A stretch of 62,829 nucleotides of DNA, filler included, from Squatina squatina (Eukaryota), in assembly GCA_031763465.1 (NCBI GenBank). It is 3 parts of 3 records of this genome, joined end to end, with 100 filler letters (N's around TTAATTAATTAA, not from the genome) between each part and the next. Parts side by side here need not be neighbours in the genome. Positions count along the whole stretch, not along the records: positions 46,819 to 62,829 come from JARFOE010000149.1; 2 more parts are not named here. The stretch is one strand, 5' to 3'. Position numbers and translations under genes: made by a program. Positions 62,365 through 62,829 of this stretch are shown piece by piece. The notes below the pieces were generated by a model, which was not told the DNA's origin, did not search any database, and saw only the letters and a program-made list of their open reading frames with translations. The stretch's first letter is position 1, and every line of letters begins with the position of its first letter.

Positions 62365-62829
62365 AATATAAACATAAAAACATCGAAAATAGGAGCAGGA
62401 GTAGGCTTTTCGAGCCTGCTCCGCCATTCAGTATGATCATGGCTGATCCTCCATCTCAACTCCATATTCCCGCTTTCTCCCCGTACCCCCTGATGCCTTT
62501 AGTATTTAGAAATCTATCAATCTCCTTCTTGAATATATTCAATGACTTGACCTCCACAGCCTTCTGTGGTAGAGAATTCCACAGGTTCACCACCTTCTGA
62601 GTGAAGAAATTTCTCCTAATCTTAGTCCTAAATGGCCTACCCTGTATTCTGAGACTGTGACCCCTGGTTCTAGACTCCCAAGCCAGGGGAAACATCCTCC
62701 CTGCATAGAGTCTGTCAAGCCCCATCAGAATTTTATATGTTTCTTCTAAACTTGTCATTGTACATCAGTCGTTGAAAGTAGGCATGCAGGTACAGCAGGC
62801 AGTGAAGAAAGCAAATGGCATGTTGGCAT
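62365..62829. mobile_element. CR1 3' end (minus, 62365-62750) joined to a plus-strand CR1 fragment
   Basis: ETYKIL.GLDR...TRGHSLRI...RRNFFTQKVVNLWNSLP on the minus strand; QVQQAVKKANGMLA on the plus strand. Confidence 0.85.

Overview
This is eukaryotic, vertebrate DNA, most likely a cartilaginous fish (shark), judged from the CR1/L2/Penelope repeat landscape and the C2H2-ZNF style. It is not a contiguous locus. Short contigs are joined by 100-N gaps, and two N-TTAATTAATTAA-N linkers (about 19626-19725 and 46719-46818) join three separate scaffolds. Scaffold 1 holds exons of SLC2A9(+), the intronless DRD5(-), OTOP1(-), TMEM128(-) and ZBTB49(+). Scaffold 2 holds exons of laminin beta-2(-like)(-), ALDH1L1(+), KLF15(-), ZXDC(-), SLC6A6(+), a divergent PIK3CG-like gene(+) and the selenoprotein TXNRD3(-), whose GC-U-G C-terminus and candidate SECIS are visible. 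Scaffold 3 is repeat-rich: a CpG/NRF1 promoter, a 67-bp satellite, a 7-finger C2H2 ZNF with ACG where a start ATG is expected, and many CR1 LINE pieces. I found no prokaryotic system or CRISPR array, and nothing I can call a new biological system with confidence. The best leads are an in-frame TAG inside the conserved DRD5 C-terminus, a 27-nt minisatellite at the KLF15 N-terminus, a probable PIK3CG paralog on the LAMB2 paralogon, a SECIS with a non-canonical base, a ZNF with a possible non-AUG start, and a duplicated SLC2A9 terminal-exon flank. Several single-base oddities could be sequencing errors. All gene names come from recalled protein similarity and synteny, not database searches.
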